The position numbers and the translations under genes were made by a program. From NCBI GenBank assembly GCA_010015585.1, contig ML975178.1: DNA of 64,000 nt; one strand, written 5' to 3'. Positions within the stretch are counted from its first letter, which is position 1. Each line of letters starts with the position of its first letter. This DNA is from Eremomyces bilateralis CBS 781.70 (taxonomy: Eukaryota). Positions 39,860 to 53,091 of the stretch are shown one piece after another. Below the pieces are notes generated by a model. That model saw only the letters and a list, made by a program, of their open reading frames with translations. It did not search any database and was not told the origin of the DNA.

Positions 39860-40282
39860 CACCGTATCTTGAGATACGCTGAAAAACACATACAAATGCA
39901 AATTCAGTCTACTTTTTTGATTTCTTAATTGGAAAATATCTAATATTCCGTATGCCACCCTTTTGCCTTGATTACCGCCTGTAGACGTCGCGGAATTGAG
40001 TCAATCAGCTCTCGGATCGTCTCCTGCGGGATCGCCCACCACGCCTCCTTTAACGCCGCATTCATGGCCTCCCGTGCCTCCTCCGAGGCGCCCATCGTCT
40101 TCAATTCAGGGTGGAGCTCTATGACCTTGGTTTTCAACAGTTGCCACATGTGTTCGATGGGGTTGATGTCTGGGGAATTGGCCGGCCAATCGATGACCCA
40201 AATGCCGTGCGTCTCCAGCCATTCTTGGGTGATTTTGGCCGTATGGATCCTTGCGTTATCCTGGATAACAACATCCCCGGCC
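39860..40282 (-). mobile_element. Tc1-family (DD34E) transposase 3' fragment plus TIR, left arm
   Basis: QDNARIH..WPANSPDINPIEHMW (34 residues between D and E)..GWHTEY*; TIR CACCGTATCTTGAGATACG next to TA 39858-39859. Confidence 0.92.
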
Positions 40283-40728
40283 CCCGCGGTTGACAAAAAA
40301 AGCGAGACTCACAACAGGAACCCCTATTCCCACCAAAATCCTTAACTTTGGAGGCTTATATCTCTACGAAGAGTAAATAATATTTTATAAAATTAAATCA
40401 CATCATTTAAACTAACCCAAAAAGCTATTTTATAAAGATTTTAAATTTAAATAAACGTTATCTGTTAGTTATTTCTTGCCTACCTTTTAGCTTCAAGAAA
40501 TTGATGTAGAAACAGCCTACCTTAGGCGGCGCAAGACAATATCCCAGGACCTATATACAATTAAGATTCTAGAAAAGTAGAATATTATTAACTCGATACT
40601 CTGAACTTGTATTTTAGCTTAAAGTAATTTAAAATAATTATTGGTTGAGTTATGAGCCTCCAAAGGTGAGGATTTTGGTGGGAATAGGGGTTCCTGTTGT
40701 GAGTCTCGCTTTTTTTGTCAACCGCGGG

Positions 40729-41151
40729 GGCCGGGGATGTTGTTATCCAGGATAACGCAAGGATCCATACGGCCAAAATCACCCAAGAATGGCTGGAGAC
40801 GCACGGCATTTGGGTCATCGATTGGCCGGCCAATTCCCCAGACATCAACCCCATCGAACACATGTGGCAACTGTTGAAAACCAAGGTCATAGAGCTCCAC
40901 CCTGAATTGAAGACGATGGGCGCCTCGGAGGAGGCACGGGAGGCCATGAATGCGGCGTTAAAGGAGGCGTGGTGGGCGATCCCGCAGGAGACGATCCGAG
41001 AGCTGATTGACTCAATTCCGCGACGTCTACAGGCGGTAATCAAGGCAAAAGGGTGGCATACGGAATATTAGATATTTTCCAATTAAGAAATCAAAAAAGT
41101 AGACTGAATTTGCATTTGTATGTGTTTTTCAGCGTATCTCAAGATACGGTG
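40729..41151 (+). mobile_element. Tc1-family (DD34E) transposase 3' fragment plus TIR, right arm
   Basis: Mirror copy of the left arm, followed by TA 41152-41153. Confidence 0.92.
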
Positions 41152-44100
41152 TATGGCGATCAGATTTGGTGATTTTCGGGAGTGTGCACAGACACATGTC
41201 TACTTATTGTACTAGTAGTAATCATGAACTCATGTCGAGGTCAGATATTAGGAGGCTGCTCTTTATTCACAAGTCTTGGAACTTGCAGGACTATCTCAGG
41301 CTTGGAGATCGGACAAGAAACTAAATGCTCATCAGCTCTTCTCTAATTGCCATCTACCGAAGATATCCTGTCACCTGTGGAGTGTGGATTGTGCACACGT
41401 AGTACCGAAGAAGATCCCACTTCTTTATTCATTAATGCCCATGTCGCATTGGTTGCAGATTACGCCGATCCTGCTTAGGATTGTCTCTAGGATCTCGCGG
41501 ATCACAGGCCATCTGCGGTCTGCCGCATTGCCGCATAAATGAAGGCAACTTCGATAAATTATATGGAAGCCTGCGGCAATGCAGCCCTGTCGGATCCAAA
41601 AGCTCCCATCTCATTTCCCACGCAGTGACACCCAATTAAAGTTATCAAGATACGTCCCATCACTCCGATCGGTCGTACCTGGACGGTTGACGTCCGATTC
41701 GGTTACTCTGGTCCGTTCGCAACACCCTTTTTATGATACAATTGGGCCCGAGATCTGCACCTTGATCACAATCGGGAACAGTCACAACAAATATATATAG
41801 AGGAAAAGCCGAAAACGGGTCGATGATCAAATTTGGCCTCAATTTGATACATCACCTCTACAACTTTTGTCCCAAACGTCCAATGTCTGGTGCTACAGCC
41901 TGCCGATCCCTTCCAAATCTGTCGAGCCGCCCAGCATCTCAACAGGCAAACAATTGGAAAGGCTTATGATAAAGTTGACAAACATGCAGTAACTCCCGAA
42001 GAGTTTCCTGCAGTAACAGAGCATTAAGAGATGTCTGCACTTTCCGCATGGCATCGCTTTTCAGGAGTCGAGAGTTGGGACAAAAGCTTGACACCGAATG
42101 ACTGGCTTTCGGGTAAGTGGACCGCCGTTCCTGTGTGATCAGCGACGGGAGCGACCCAAGCGAACACCGCAAATCAAAAATGGTCCCGACTCCGCATCGC
42201 ATCACCAAGGAGATTGAACATGTGAGGCTAAGAATGGGTCGACTTTAGAGCATCTTTCCCTCCTCACAAATGATAAAGCGATTATTTGTGGACTTTTGCA
42301 TGGGCATCATCTCAGCATTAGCATAGTCGTCAAATCGGCCCGCCCGAATGCGACGTAAATCTGTACGACTTGGGGGAGGCTAGAGAGTTGAAGGGCACAC
42401 TCTTCTCTTTCTTCATTCCTCAGCAATCAGCACCGATTCCTGTCATCAGACATGCAATGTGGGCGTACCCGTGCGCCAGTTCTGTTAGCCTCCTGCCTCC
42501 AAGTGTGCCCTTCCGGTTAAGGAAGCTCGTCAAAACCTACCCTCTCAAATCTGAGATCCACCAGCCGAAAGCCTGATTTGCCGTCAGCAGGGGGGTTGGC
42601 ATAAATTTATGCCTGTTTATCGCACTTTTCTTGGCTCGATGGCCCCCAATGGCGCCACGATCTGTAGCCGAACCGCCAACGAATCAAGGAGGGGACACTG
42701 GAATCTCTATTCAAGTTGTGGGGGCGTGTCTCGGAACGATTTTCAGCAGCCGCAGGCACTAAACTCGACTAAGTACCACTGTGGAGTGGGGATGGCGCTT
42801 CAGGAGACAAAAGCACACCAGGATCGACAGCTCGTTAACTGCCGCCTTGCCGCAACGATGCGGCATATCGCATATCTGTGATCTGACAAACTGTTTGGCT
42901 GATGCCACGTGAGTCATGGCAATAGTAAGACGGATGTCAAATTCCCTCGACTATGGTTCGCTTGTATTTCTCAAACAGAGAGGAGTGTGCCATCGGACAT
43001 CGGCCATCGGGATTGAACCCCACTGGACCGTTCAGACTTCAAGGGGTCTGGCAAACACGAGGGATCCAATGTTTTTCACCGTTGAAAGTAGGCCAATTCC
43101 AATTTTGGGAGAAGCCTCTCTCCTATCTCCACAGTCCACCATCCTCGTCCGAATCGCGACCATTTAGAACCAAATTGGCAGGGTCCGACGTTCCTTGACG
43201 AAGACGGCGAAAACGGCGAGTCGGGGGCTTGAACAAAGGCGAGGCGTGGGCAATTGGGATATTGCAGGTCTCCACTAAAGATGCTCGGTTGGAGTGACCG
43301 CAGGAAACAAACCTTTATGCAGGCGTCATGCAAATCAAGTGTCCTGGGCACATTCCCCGAAATGGATTTGGGATGGATTTGCAAGGAAGCGTCCTAGATC
43401 ATCGCCTTCATTGGACGGACGGTGGATTGGAGCGCCGTCAGCGTGGCCGACAGGGAGACAGGGTCGAGAGCACAGCCAGGGGGCGTCCCAAAACACGCTG
43501 TGATGATCGTCCCGGAATCCCGTTTGTGCTTTTTGCAGCTGGCATGGATTTTGCAACGTTCTCGACGGCTCTACCAAATGGCCACTGACCAAGTCATTCG
43601 CATCGCAGCCCATTGGAGAACTACATCCAACGTGACTCGTCAATCACTCGAACCGCACCCAGCTATGCAACGTCAAACCCTCTGTCTCACCAGTGACCTG
43701 TCCCTTGGGCTGGGGTAAAGCAAGGGGATTGTCCTCCTGCGGTTGAAGTATTCTGGTCAACAATGGAGAGTAAGTCTCCGGAAATCTAGAAAGTTATTAG
43801 AGGACTGGTCACACATCCGTCTGATGAATGTTCCCTGAGAGGGGTCCTGGAGCAGATGAGCACATGGATCTGGAATATGAAAGACAAGTGAAGTGGCTTG
43901 TCGAAGAACTTTAGTCAGTATCGGTATGGCCTGGTGGACTCGTATCCAAAGGATTATCTTCATATCTTGAGGACGACTCCTTTCCAGGGCCTAAAGCTAT
44001 CACATTGCATTCGAACCCCCACTGCTCCTCTATAATCCCCATATTCACCCTCGCCGAGTAGTCGATCTCGTAGATATCAAACAGGAGTGTCGAGGTCTAA

Positions 44101-46449
44101 AACTGAGCATGACTCCTGTACGTATCTGAAAATCTACAATAGCCAATACTCAATCGTGGTTGATCACCCTAGGTCAATCTCATCTGCTCTGATAATGGAT
44201 CGCCGCTCTAAACATCAGTTCTCTAAAGGGCCTCCCTTGTTTCCGTCAATCATTTCGTAAAAACAGGATCCACCAATGCGGTTCTTCGGTAGTTCGAGGG
44301 TGATGCCAGTACGACAAATCGAGTCCGAAACCTGGAATCGATAGCAATTATGCAGATGCCGATGTGTAAATTCCAGTTTCTCTTCTCCCGTTCTCCAAAT
44401 CTCCACCCCACGCCGTCATTGCACCATTCGCTCCCCCATCCGGCTAGATTTATCAAATTATCAATGGCATAGACTCGCACACTAACAACGCTAAGGGTTG
44501 CAGAATCATGCCGTTCAACAGAAGCAAGCTTTCGAAACCGTGGACAAACATGCAAGGGCGGCACGGCAATGAGAAAGTTAATATGGTGGCGGTCCGACTC
44601 GCAGAGGGCTGACCGGCTGAGGCGTTCCCTCCACGTTCCAGGCCTCCAAGCTCTTACTGTGCTTTACATCTCGAGTCTAGTTTACCAATTGGATGCGCGT
44701 GTGAACCTATGAGGGTAGTCATTCGCACCAGGCGTCCTTATGGGCGCCTCCTGAGTATCGACATCTCCTGAATCTTCCCATACTCAAATATACCGTGCTC
44801 GTGAAGCGCAAGCATTTTGACCCCAATCACTCGCTTGATCACCTCCGCGGCTGCTCACCATCCGGCTCTCTAGGAGAGCCTACCGTTTCTCACGTTGTTG
44901 GACTTTATTGAACGTTTCTTCCCCCGCCACCATGGCTCATCCAATGATCCTTTATCATTGACAGATTTCATCTCATTTTTCAATGTTCGACCATACTGTA
45001 GCTGCTGAGCTGGCGGACACGCTAATGCCCAGGCCTTCTTTGGTCTTGTTGTGGCCTGTGGGACTTGAATTGTGGAGTGTCATCGGTAATTTCGAAGGGA
45101 ACTACACGATGATCCACACTGCATAGCCTCCAGTGACGTTCCTCTTGCTGATCCTTTAGGAGTCGGCAAAGATGGATCAGATCATCAGATCCAATTTTCC
45201 ATATTCACATTTCACAATATTCACCTCCTGTCGCTTCCTTGCGGAGTTGCGGTGGTGCATAATCACCTGTGCGTCGACGCTTTAAGGAGAGGGCGTGCGG
45301 CAAAACGTCCCGTCAATTTGGATCGGAACCGAGATCGTGTGCACACGTCGTCTGTTTCTGGCAACGCCCCCTCTCCTGTATCGCTCGATTTGTGCTTTGC
45401 AGAAAGGAGAAACTAATCTGGAAATAAGTTCGTCCGCCATCCCGCGCATCCGCCCACTGAACGCCGCTGTACACCGCAGAATCCTCTCATTACTCAGTCT
45501 GTAGGCTGTAGCCGAGGAGCTCTCCTTGCACGACATGCCTCCTGTGGTGTACTAAGCACGCTCCCACCCTCGAAGCTCGAAGCCCTTGACCTGCAACTCA
45601 CCCTATGGTAACCTGTCGTTTTCCCACAGTATTATTGATCTGGTCCACGGTCCACCGAATCAACCCCGGTCAGCGTTGTGCACAACTGAATCCTGACCCT
45701 CAAAGACCCTGGTCAATCGCTGTCCAAAACGAGTTTCTGCTCCGTCTTGTGTCTGCCTTTTCTGGTCCTGGGCTTTGAACTTTAGACAGACCTCGCCGAA
45801 CTACAGCCGCTGTGGTGATAAGCGGGCAGGATTTCCGGTGGATCACCGTCCCCCGTCCTGAGTCTAATCCAAACAACGCTCCCGGTCATCATCCACGTCG
45901 GCGGCGACTTTTGGTCGTTGGATGCCGTCGCCCGCTCCACGCCTGTCGCCTGCATTATTACCGTTGGGTCATGGGTGGGCCTACTGGCTATGGGGACAGG
46001 ACCTAGCATCGCTGTGGGCACCTCTTGCGCTGTTCCTCACTTCCCTGCCCATTTAACCCGCAACAATAACGGACATCTCATCTCACTTGATGAGGGCGAG
46101 ATCGCCTGGGGTTACGTTGTCTGATCCATCCTCTCGGTGACGAGCCGCCGCTTTTGGCGCCAACAGCCCACTGTCCAGTACCAGGGAGTCCTAGCGAAAC
46201 TCTCATCTCAATCATTCCTTCCCTTCGGGATCAACATTCGCCGCACTGTCCGTGCTCGACTTTCTCTCCCACAAATGCGTGGATCGTCCCGCATTGTTGT
46301 TTAAGATAGAACCCCTTCCCACTTCGATCTAACGGTGGTTAATTGGCCTATCGAGCGCCGAGGACACCTTCTTAAGTTCTTATACTCACCCACAGCCTCC
46401 TTCCACCGCGCATTGCAGGGCGATTCTTCGCCCTTGAGGTCCATGAGCC

Positions 46450-47679
46450 ATGCAGTTATCCACCATGGTTCACAGGAGTGAGAGTGACGATTTCCACCGC
46501 CGGCATTTCGAACATCCTAATCTCCAGACTCGGTCACATAATACTCATTCACAACCGGTTTCCTCCTTAATCTCAAATTCTTATTCCAGCGCGGGTGCGA
46601 ACAGATCCATGGGCTATTCGCAACAAAGAACTCCACAGTCCCCTCCTTCCCCACCGGGAGAGGAGGTTAATAAACTGTCCTTGCCTTCAATATCCAGTCT
46701 TCTAACTATTGCTGATGGTGATAAAGCAGTAGAGCATGGTAAGTCTTCCAACTGCAATGGGCAGAAGCCGTGTCTCATGGTTTTCGCAGGAAAGCAAGCA
46801 CCAAAACCACCAAGTCCGCGGGGTCATTTATCCCACCAAAACCATGGACGACACTCATTTCACCAGCCTACACCCTCAGCTTCATCCATGGAGAGTGCTG
46901 AGAAGTATGCTTCAGGCTCATTATCACTGGGCGCACACAAGATGACCTTACCTCCAACTCCCCCATTACGACCCGATGGATTTAATGATGGTAATCATTC
47001 GCCGACATCAGTATCGGCTCCGTCTTCGATTTCCTCATCCGCTCCTAATTTTTCTCTTGGTTTAATTAACAACATGGACCCCACGTCGCAGCGACAGAAT
47101 CTGTCGCTGCCGCCACGAAGAAAGCCGGGACCGCGCCCAATTTGTCCTCCTGGACTCTCCCCTTATGGGGCCAATTCCTCCCCCTATTCAGCATCGCCAT
47201 ACGGCAACTCCCCGGGTAACGCAACTGTCTCTTCATGGGGATCGGCCAGCAACTACTCACCCGAAAATGTCATCTACACCTCGATTCCATCAGCGTACGG
47301 CCCGAATCAACAGCGGCCTCTCCCCGCAACCTACCCTCCACCTGTTCCTCCAACTCTCCAGGTGCAACATCAGCCCTCAATCATCCATTCCACCCTCCCT
47401 TCACCGCAAGCTTCGGGCAGCAACCCTTGGCAGCACCATCACTTCATCTCTCCGTCGGCATCGTCCAGCTTCCCCAGCAGTCAGGATCGATACGTCTGCC
47501 CGACCTGTGCGAAAGCATTTAGTCGGCCCAGCAGCCTCCGGATCCACAGCCACAGCCACACTGGCGAGAAGCCGTACAAGTGTCCGCACCTTGGCTGTGG
47601 GAAGGCATTCAGTGTCCGCAGCAACATGAAGCGGCACGAGAGAGGCTGTCATGCGAGTGGTGGCGTGATGGTTAGGTAA
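46450..47679 (+). CDS. mtfA: C2H2 zinc-finger transcription factor, MtfA-like
   Basis: [24 protein letters not shown] and the double finger [49 protein letters not shown]. Probable introns at 46739-46789 and from 47676. Confidence 0.85.
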   Translation: MQLSTMVHRSESDDFHRRHFEHPNLQTRSHNTHSQPVSSLISNSYSSAGANRSMGYSQQRTPQSPPSPPGEEVNKLSLPSISSLLTIADGDKAVEHGKSSNCNGQKPCLMVFAGKQAPKPPSPRGHLSHQNHGRHSFHQPTPSASSMESAEKYASGSLSLGAHKMTLPPTPPLRPDGFNDGNHSPTSVSAPSSISSSAPNFSLGLINNMDPTSQRQNLSLPPRRKPGPRPICPPGLSPYGANSSPYSASPYGNSPGNATVSSWGSASNYSPENVIYTSIPSAYGPNQQRPLPATYPPPVPPTLQVQHQPSIIHSTLPSPQASGSNPWQHHHFISPSASSSFPSSQDRYVCPTCAKAFSRPSSLRIHSHSHTGEKPYKCPHLGCGKAFSVRSNMKRHERGCHASGGVMVR

Positions 47680-50600
47680 GTTGAACCGACACCGGGTAGT
47701 CCGGGGTATGAACTAACTAGTGGCATCAGGGCGGGGAATCTTCCATATTGATTGACGATCTACGACGATGACTGCGCGACGATATTCCTGGGGAGGATAA
47801 TTCATCCCTCCATTGCCTTTTCCTTCTTGTTACCCCTTGCCTGGCGCGAACGGCGTTATCCGACATCTCTTCCGGTGTTATGTACGAGTCCATCCCTCAA
47901 TGAACCCTATTTGTGTTCCCTTGGTTTTGGTTGATAGGTCTCCATTTTCTGGCCGGTTCTGCACTACCCCCTTTGGACTAGACATTTTGTTCATGTTGTG
48001 TGATCATCTATATTGCTTCGGGCCGCCCATATTCCTGTTTCACTCACTGGGCAATCCAATGCAGGAGAAGCATGTTCCTTTCAGGTATCGCAGCCTTTCT
48101 GCACGATCTCGTTGGTTCGCATTATACCCGATGTTTAACGTCACTAGGGTTTCTGCCTAGATCCACGGGACGAATGGGTCAGATGGCATCTATTCAAATA
48201 TTGTGTATTATATTACATATTGGGTGGCTACGTCGGAGATGAGATCGGGTGCAGATCAAAGTAGTATGACGGAAGGCGTTTTATTTCGCCACCAAGCCGG
48301 TGTGCGACAGTGGTCGATCAGCGAATGAACATGAACCCCAATCTGGGGAAGTTTACTTCTTTGTTTCCATGATTCTTGAAATATGCGTGTTGTCTTTGTC
48401 GGGGCATGGAAAGCTAGGGGCCTTTTCCAATGACATGCGTCTCGATGTTCAACCAGCCTACTCCTGGACTGGTTGCACTAGTGCGTATCCATGACCTTCC
48501 AACTAATCATCCACAAGGCATCCGTTTTCTGATATCATATCCCAACACCAACACTTGTTTAGGGCAGGGCATCTCCTTACGTTATTCTTTGTCTCGGATA
48601 ATGCATTCAACCACATGTAGGGAGCCGATTCCTCGTGAGCCAGGCCGCCAGCTCGTCAGATACAGGAATGTACAGAGACCAAAACATTTCAGAAGTCAGG
48701 AGTCTCACAAATACGCCTGTGTCACGTCATCGTTGCCCACCGACATGGCGGCAGTGATCCATCTCGTTTACTCTCGCGGAGAATACATGGCATAGCAGCC
48801 CCGAGGACTCTCTTTGGATGAGGTGAGATCCATTCAAACAATAATGGGTAGATAGGTGTGCCACAAACGACGAGATAGTGTGGATGGCGTCGAGTGCTTC
48901 AACAGCGGACAATTATTGACCTTACTGCCACGATAAACGCAAGGACAACCCAAAGAGGACAGGCGTCCCTGCATGGGACGGAGATGGCTGGGATGACGTG
49001 CTGACTTGGGGTTGGTGAGAGTTCCGCATCTTTAGACTTGCTCGTTGTCAGTCAAGTGACGAGTGTCAAACAGTCCGCAGGCTGCTGCAATATAGCACAC
49101 TAAGGTTTGATGACCACTTTCGGGTCGATCGCCTTGTACAACCGGAATGAGGACCACCCATTCATTTCATCTGTTCTGTTGAAGTACAGCAAGGATCTGT
49201 CCCAACTCTTCTTTACTACTGCAGCCACCCGATTCAGAGTTTTTTAACTGCTAAGACCAATCAATCTCGACCAAGTAAGGCCATACCATCGTATGGCATC
49301 GATTGTTCACTGCTCTAATTTCAGTCTTCATGTCCACCAAGCATGAGCCTGGCTGGATGATCCCGTTCTCATTCTTATTCGTATTTTAGAATGCAGCCGA
49401 GCTCATCAGCGAGTTCAGAGGTGACACAGCAGCGAGATGCAGGACTACCTATACAGGGATGGATCACTCTGTGTTCCACGTGGATGCAGGCATGTGTCTC
49501 AAGGCAGTGGAAACTTTGATAGCATGGCACAAAGCAAACCCTCGGGATGCAGCGACGCTCGAATCCGTAGTTAGCGGCAACTTGAGAAGTAGGCAGGTAT
49601 TATGGACTCCAGATTCCCGGAAATGGGCGACGAAACCCGCCCGCTGATTTGCAGTTATGCCCTTGGCGTAACATGAATGAAGGACAAATAGGAGGACAGG
49701 GAACGTAAAAGTATATACAAACCTCGTTTGGGAAATGAATACTCCGTAGAGTTTGAATCGCAGAGAGTTTCAAGACACAGATCGATGATTGGCGCTAATC
49801 GTGGATTTGATAGATCACTTGCTTGGCATGCAGATTCTCGAGATGCAATATGCTATGGCAGAAAGCCGATCTCCCTCCATATTGCGTTTAATATCATGCA
49901 GGAAGAGGGAATATTACTTCAGCCGGCAACATGGAGAACACGGCCCTTGTTTAACCCCCGGTGTTGTAACGCCGGGGACGGGTGGCACAAAGTGTGCTTT
50001 GAGCTTTCACACCACCGCTGCATCTCGCCGCTTATGCCCAGGCTCGTAGATCATCTGCCAGCTTCACAACCGCTGAGTCCTGGTGCGACAGATCCTCCCA
50101 ACGGAAATCCAACCCGTTCTCAGTGCAATCATACGCATGTGCAGCATCGCTCCCATTTCTCGGAGCCTGACCTTCCGGTTGGAATCCGGGCCACGGTGGC
50201 ATCCTGATTCCTGCTGCGTCTGCAGCTAGGTGTATTCAAGAGCCGAAGGGGAAGGGTCTGGATCTGTCACATTTACTGCCGTGTTTCCATCCCGCCATCC
50301 ATGGACCATGATCCAATACACGCCACATTCTGCGCCTGATTCCGGCCGGAACCTTTGAGATTGTCCCGCGTGGCCAGCACATGGTTACCACATGGCTTTC
50401 GCGTGCGGAACACATGGGTGTCACGGCAGTCAGCAGGGCTGCACATCGCTTTGTTGAGGATTGAAGCTCGCTTTCTGCACCCGGAACCGCCGTGGCGTTT
50501 GGAGGGAGAACAGTAGAGCGGCCTGTCTTTCGCTTGGAGTGTATGGCTGCTAGTTGGCGAGATAGATAGATTGGCATGTAGTACACAAGATTGCAAAAGC

Positions 50601-51266
50601 TGAAAAGGCGGTCGGCATAGACTTGTGCGCTCCTTGGAAGTGGAAAAACTCCTGAATTTAGGTGAAAGGAAATGCTGTATCTAACCCCTGAAACGAACCG
50701 ATTTGTACATGCGCATATTTTTTGAGGAATACCGCAGGAAACCAGCGCTGGCAAGTTGCTGGAATTCTTCCGTACCCATCTCCACACACCCACCCCCCAG
50801 TCCGTCCCATGACAATTCCAGCAGCCGTCCACCGTTGACATAATGCAACGGGTTTTGGGATGCAAGGTGTTCTGGAAGACTGGGATAGCTAATTGGTGTC
50901 TCCGTTATATCGGTATGAAAGCACATCGAAATTTAGTAGCTAGGTCAAGTCACCTGACCATACCATACCCGTACGTCTTCAGTCTACAACGCTCACGAAA
51001 CAATCAGCAGCGTAACTCCGCATGCACAGTGACACTCTCCGTAAACATACCTAATATGTGATGAATTCCTGGAATTTCTGCGGGCAGTCAATGCCCGTAG
51101 ACTGTAGAGTAGTCGAGCCTTGCGCCCACACTCCACAGCCCACAGGGGCCGGAGCCCATCACCCATCAACTCCTAACGAGCACGATGGCCCAGATACAGG
51201 CAGTCCTCGGATATCTCAAGGCTTACATTGGGACCGGAGACACAATGAATCCAGGTAAATCCCAGG

Positions 51267-52735
51267 TTGTCACAGCCAGAGCCTCGAGACACAGACACTA
51301 ACGAATTTAAGCCTGTGATGCGCTGCCGCAACAACTATAATTACGGCCTCATTATTGCCTCTAACGGCAATGGCCTCGATTCTCCCATGGGAGCTCCTGG
51401 CATGGTGACTGTCTGGACCTACGCCTTAGGCAACGTCTCCCAAGCGGGGCATCGCCTCGCCTTGCGGTGTTTGACCAATGTGGTACTCTCGTCGCCGATG
51501 AGACAGGTCTTTGTCAAAAAGGCGTACCCAAGGAAACCAATAGAGCTCATGATGGTGTATGTTCTAGTCCAATCATACTTCTTCTCGAGGCACTGACCTT
51601 CTAGTATGTCCACAATGCGACCGACGGCTGGGATGCATTTGTCGCTGCCAGGATGCTGCTTAACTGCGTGGCCGACGAGAATCTGGTTCTTTCGCATTTC
51701 TTCGAGAGCACCAGCCTAGCTGAGACACCCGACACGGTAAGTAATATAGTGCTTCTTCGCCTGCGAGCGCGTCACAGGCTGATGATGCGTTGTTCTGGGC
51801 ATCGCTTATTATGCGCGAAATCAAGCGCTTCTATCCACGGAGTCTACAGCGGCCGACGATGAGTCGCTCAAGCTTCTTTCCACTATTTGTGTCGGTATCC
51901 AGACCAAGCTTCCCTGTTCCTTGAGTGTCTCGACCCGATCCTCAAATGGTTCGACAGAGCGACCGTTTTCCTCTCCACCTCTGCAGTCTCCCATCTCCCC
52001 CATTATCGACTGCCTCGCCACCTTCTTTTTCATTGCGGAGTATCATGATGAAAACACGCCTTGGCCACCACTCAACGATGTGAAGCTGGTCGACCTCCTC
52101 CATGCTACCCTCAATTTCCCCCAGCAAGACGAGTTGGAAGTAGCGTCTCTCGCCCCTTGTGGCTCTCTTTACCTTGATCGTGCGTGGTGGCCCGCCACCG
52201 GTTATAGCACAGCTCCAGGCACGACTGCTCCCATCTGACGAAGACCGAACAGTGGCGTTGGGGAACGGCAGTTAGCTGCCGCACAAGCTGGTGAGGATCA
52301 ACATAGTCGCAGTCACCCCAGAGCTCAAGAATGGCTTAGGACTCCTGCTGATGGCGCTCTCGGGCGACAATTCGGAGCAGCTGGTACGCAATGTCGGATA
52401 CGACTGTGCGTCTCGCTTACTTTTCTCTCTGGGCGTGCCGGTTCCGCCAGCCGACGACCAGGGGGGGTGGGATGCCGAGTCTCAGTCCGAGATTAATCCC
52501 ATCACGGGCCAACACCGAGGCAGGGAGCAACAAGTAGACTTGCCGGAGATGACAGAGGTAGAGAAGGGGCGCGAAGCGGAGAGGTTGTTCGTCTTGTTTG
52601 AACGCCTACGGAGCATGGGGGTGGTGAACGTTGAGAACCCAATGAGGTAGGCCGTGGAATTAGGGCAGGTGCAAGAGTTAGAGGAGGGCGAAGATGACGA
52701 TCACGATGACGATCACGATTATGATCGCAATGGCT
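51267..52735 (+). pseudogene. ric8: Ric8/synembryn G-alpha GEF homolog, disrupted
   Basis: ALRCLTN, VRNVGY, INPITGQ, EMTEVEKGREAERLFVLFERL and VENP motifs. TAG at 52648-52650 precedes the usual C-terminal AV..G..QEL; the middle is fragmented. Confidence 0.75.
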
Positions 52736-53091
52736 GAAGGCATAGGTGAGTACACTGTAGTAGTTTAAGTGGCCCGCGCACATGCCCACGGAAGTTTGCC
52801 AATGTCTTAGCATGTGCGAGCGACGTTGACGTCGCCGACCGGCCCTCTAAATTGGCAGTAGGGAAAGTGCGCCGGGAAAATACGTGAGTATGAGTTGTGC
52901 TGTTGTGAAATTGAAGGAAGTAAAAGTTTATGGCTTGCGAAGATGATATGTGACAACTTAACAAGCCTCACAGGCTCTAGACTAGGCTGGACCGAAACGA
53001 CGAGCTTCCGGAGCTTCTTGAGGGATAATGTGTGCTCGGTCTTGGACAAACGCTGAATCACCCAGTTGACCGAAGAAAATTCCATACGTCA

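Larger units (their letters stand above)
39849..41162. repeat. Long inverted repeat: 494-bp arms (39849-40342 / 40669-41162) with a 326-bp AT-rich spacer
   Basis: Mirrored ORFs give identical translations in three frames; positions pair as x and 81011-x. Confidence 0.95.

Noticed and set aside
42995..43080. tRNA-like GGTTCAATCCC on the minus strand
   Set aside because: No convincing acceptor or D stem, and an 8-nt anticodon loop.
50236..50865. 209-aa minus-strand ORF and other short ORFs in 41-51 kb
   Set aside because: No codon bias or motifs; likely chance ORFs.
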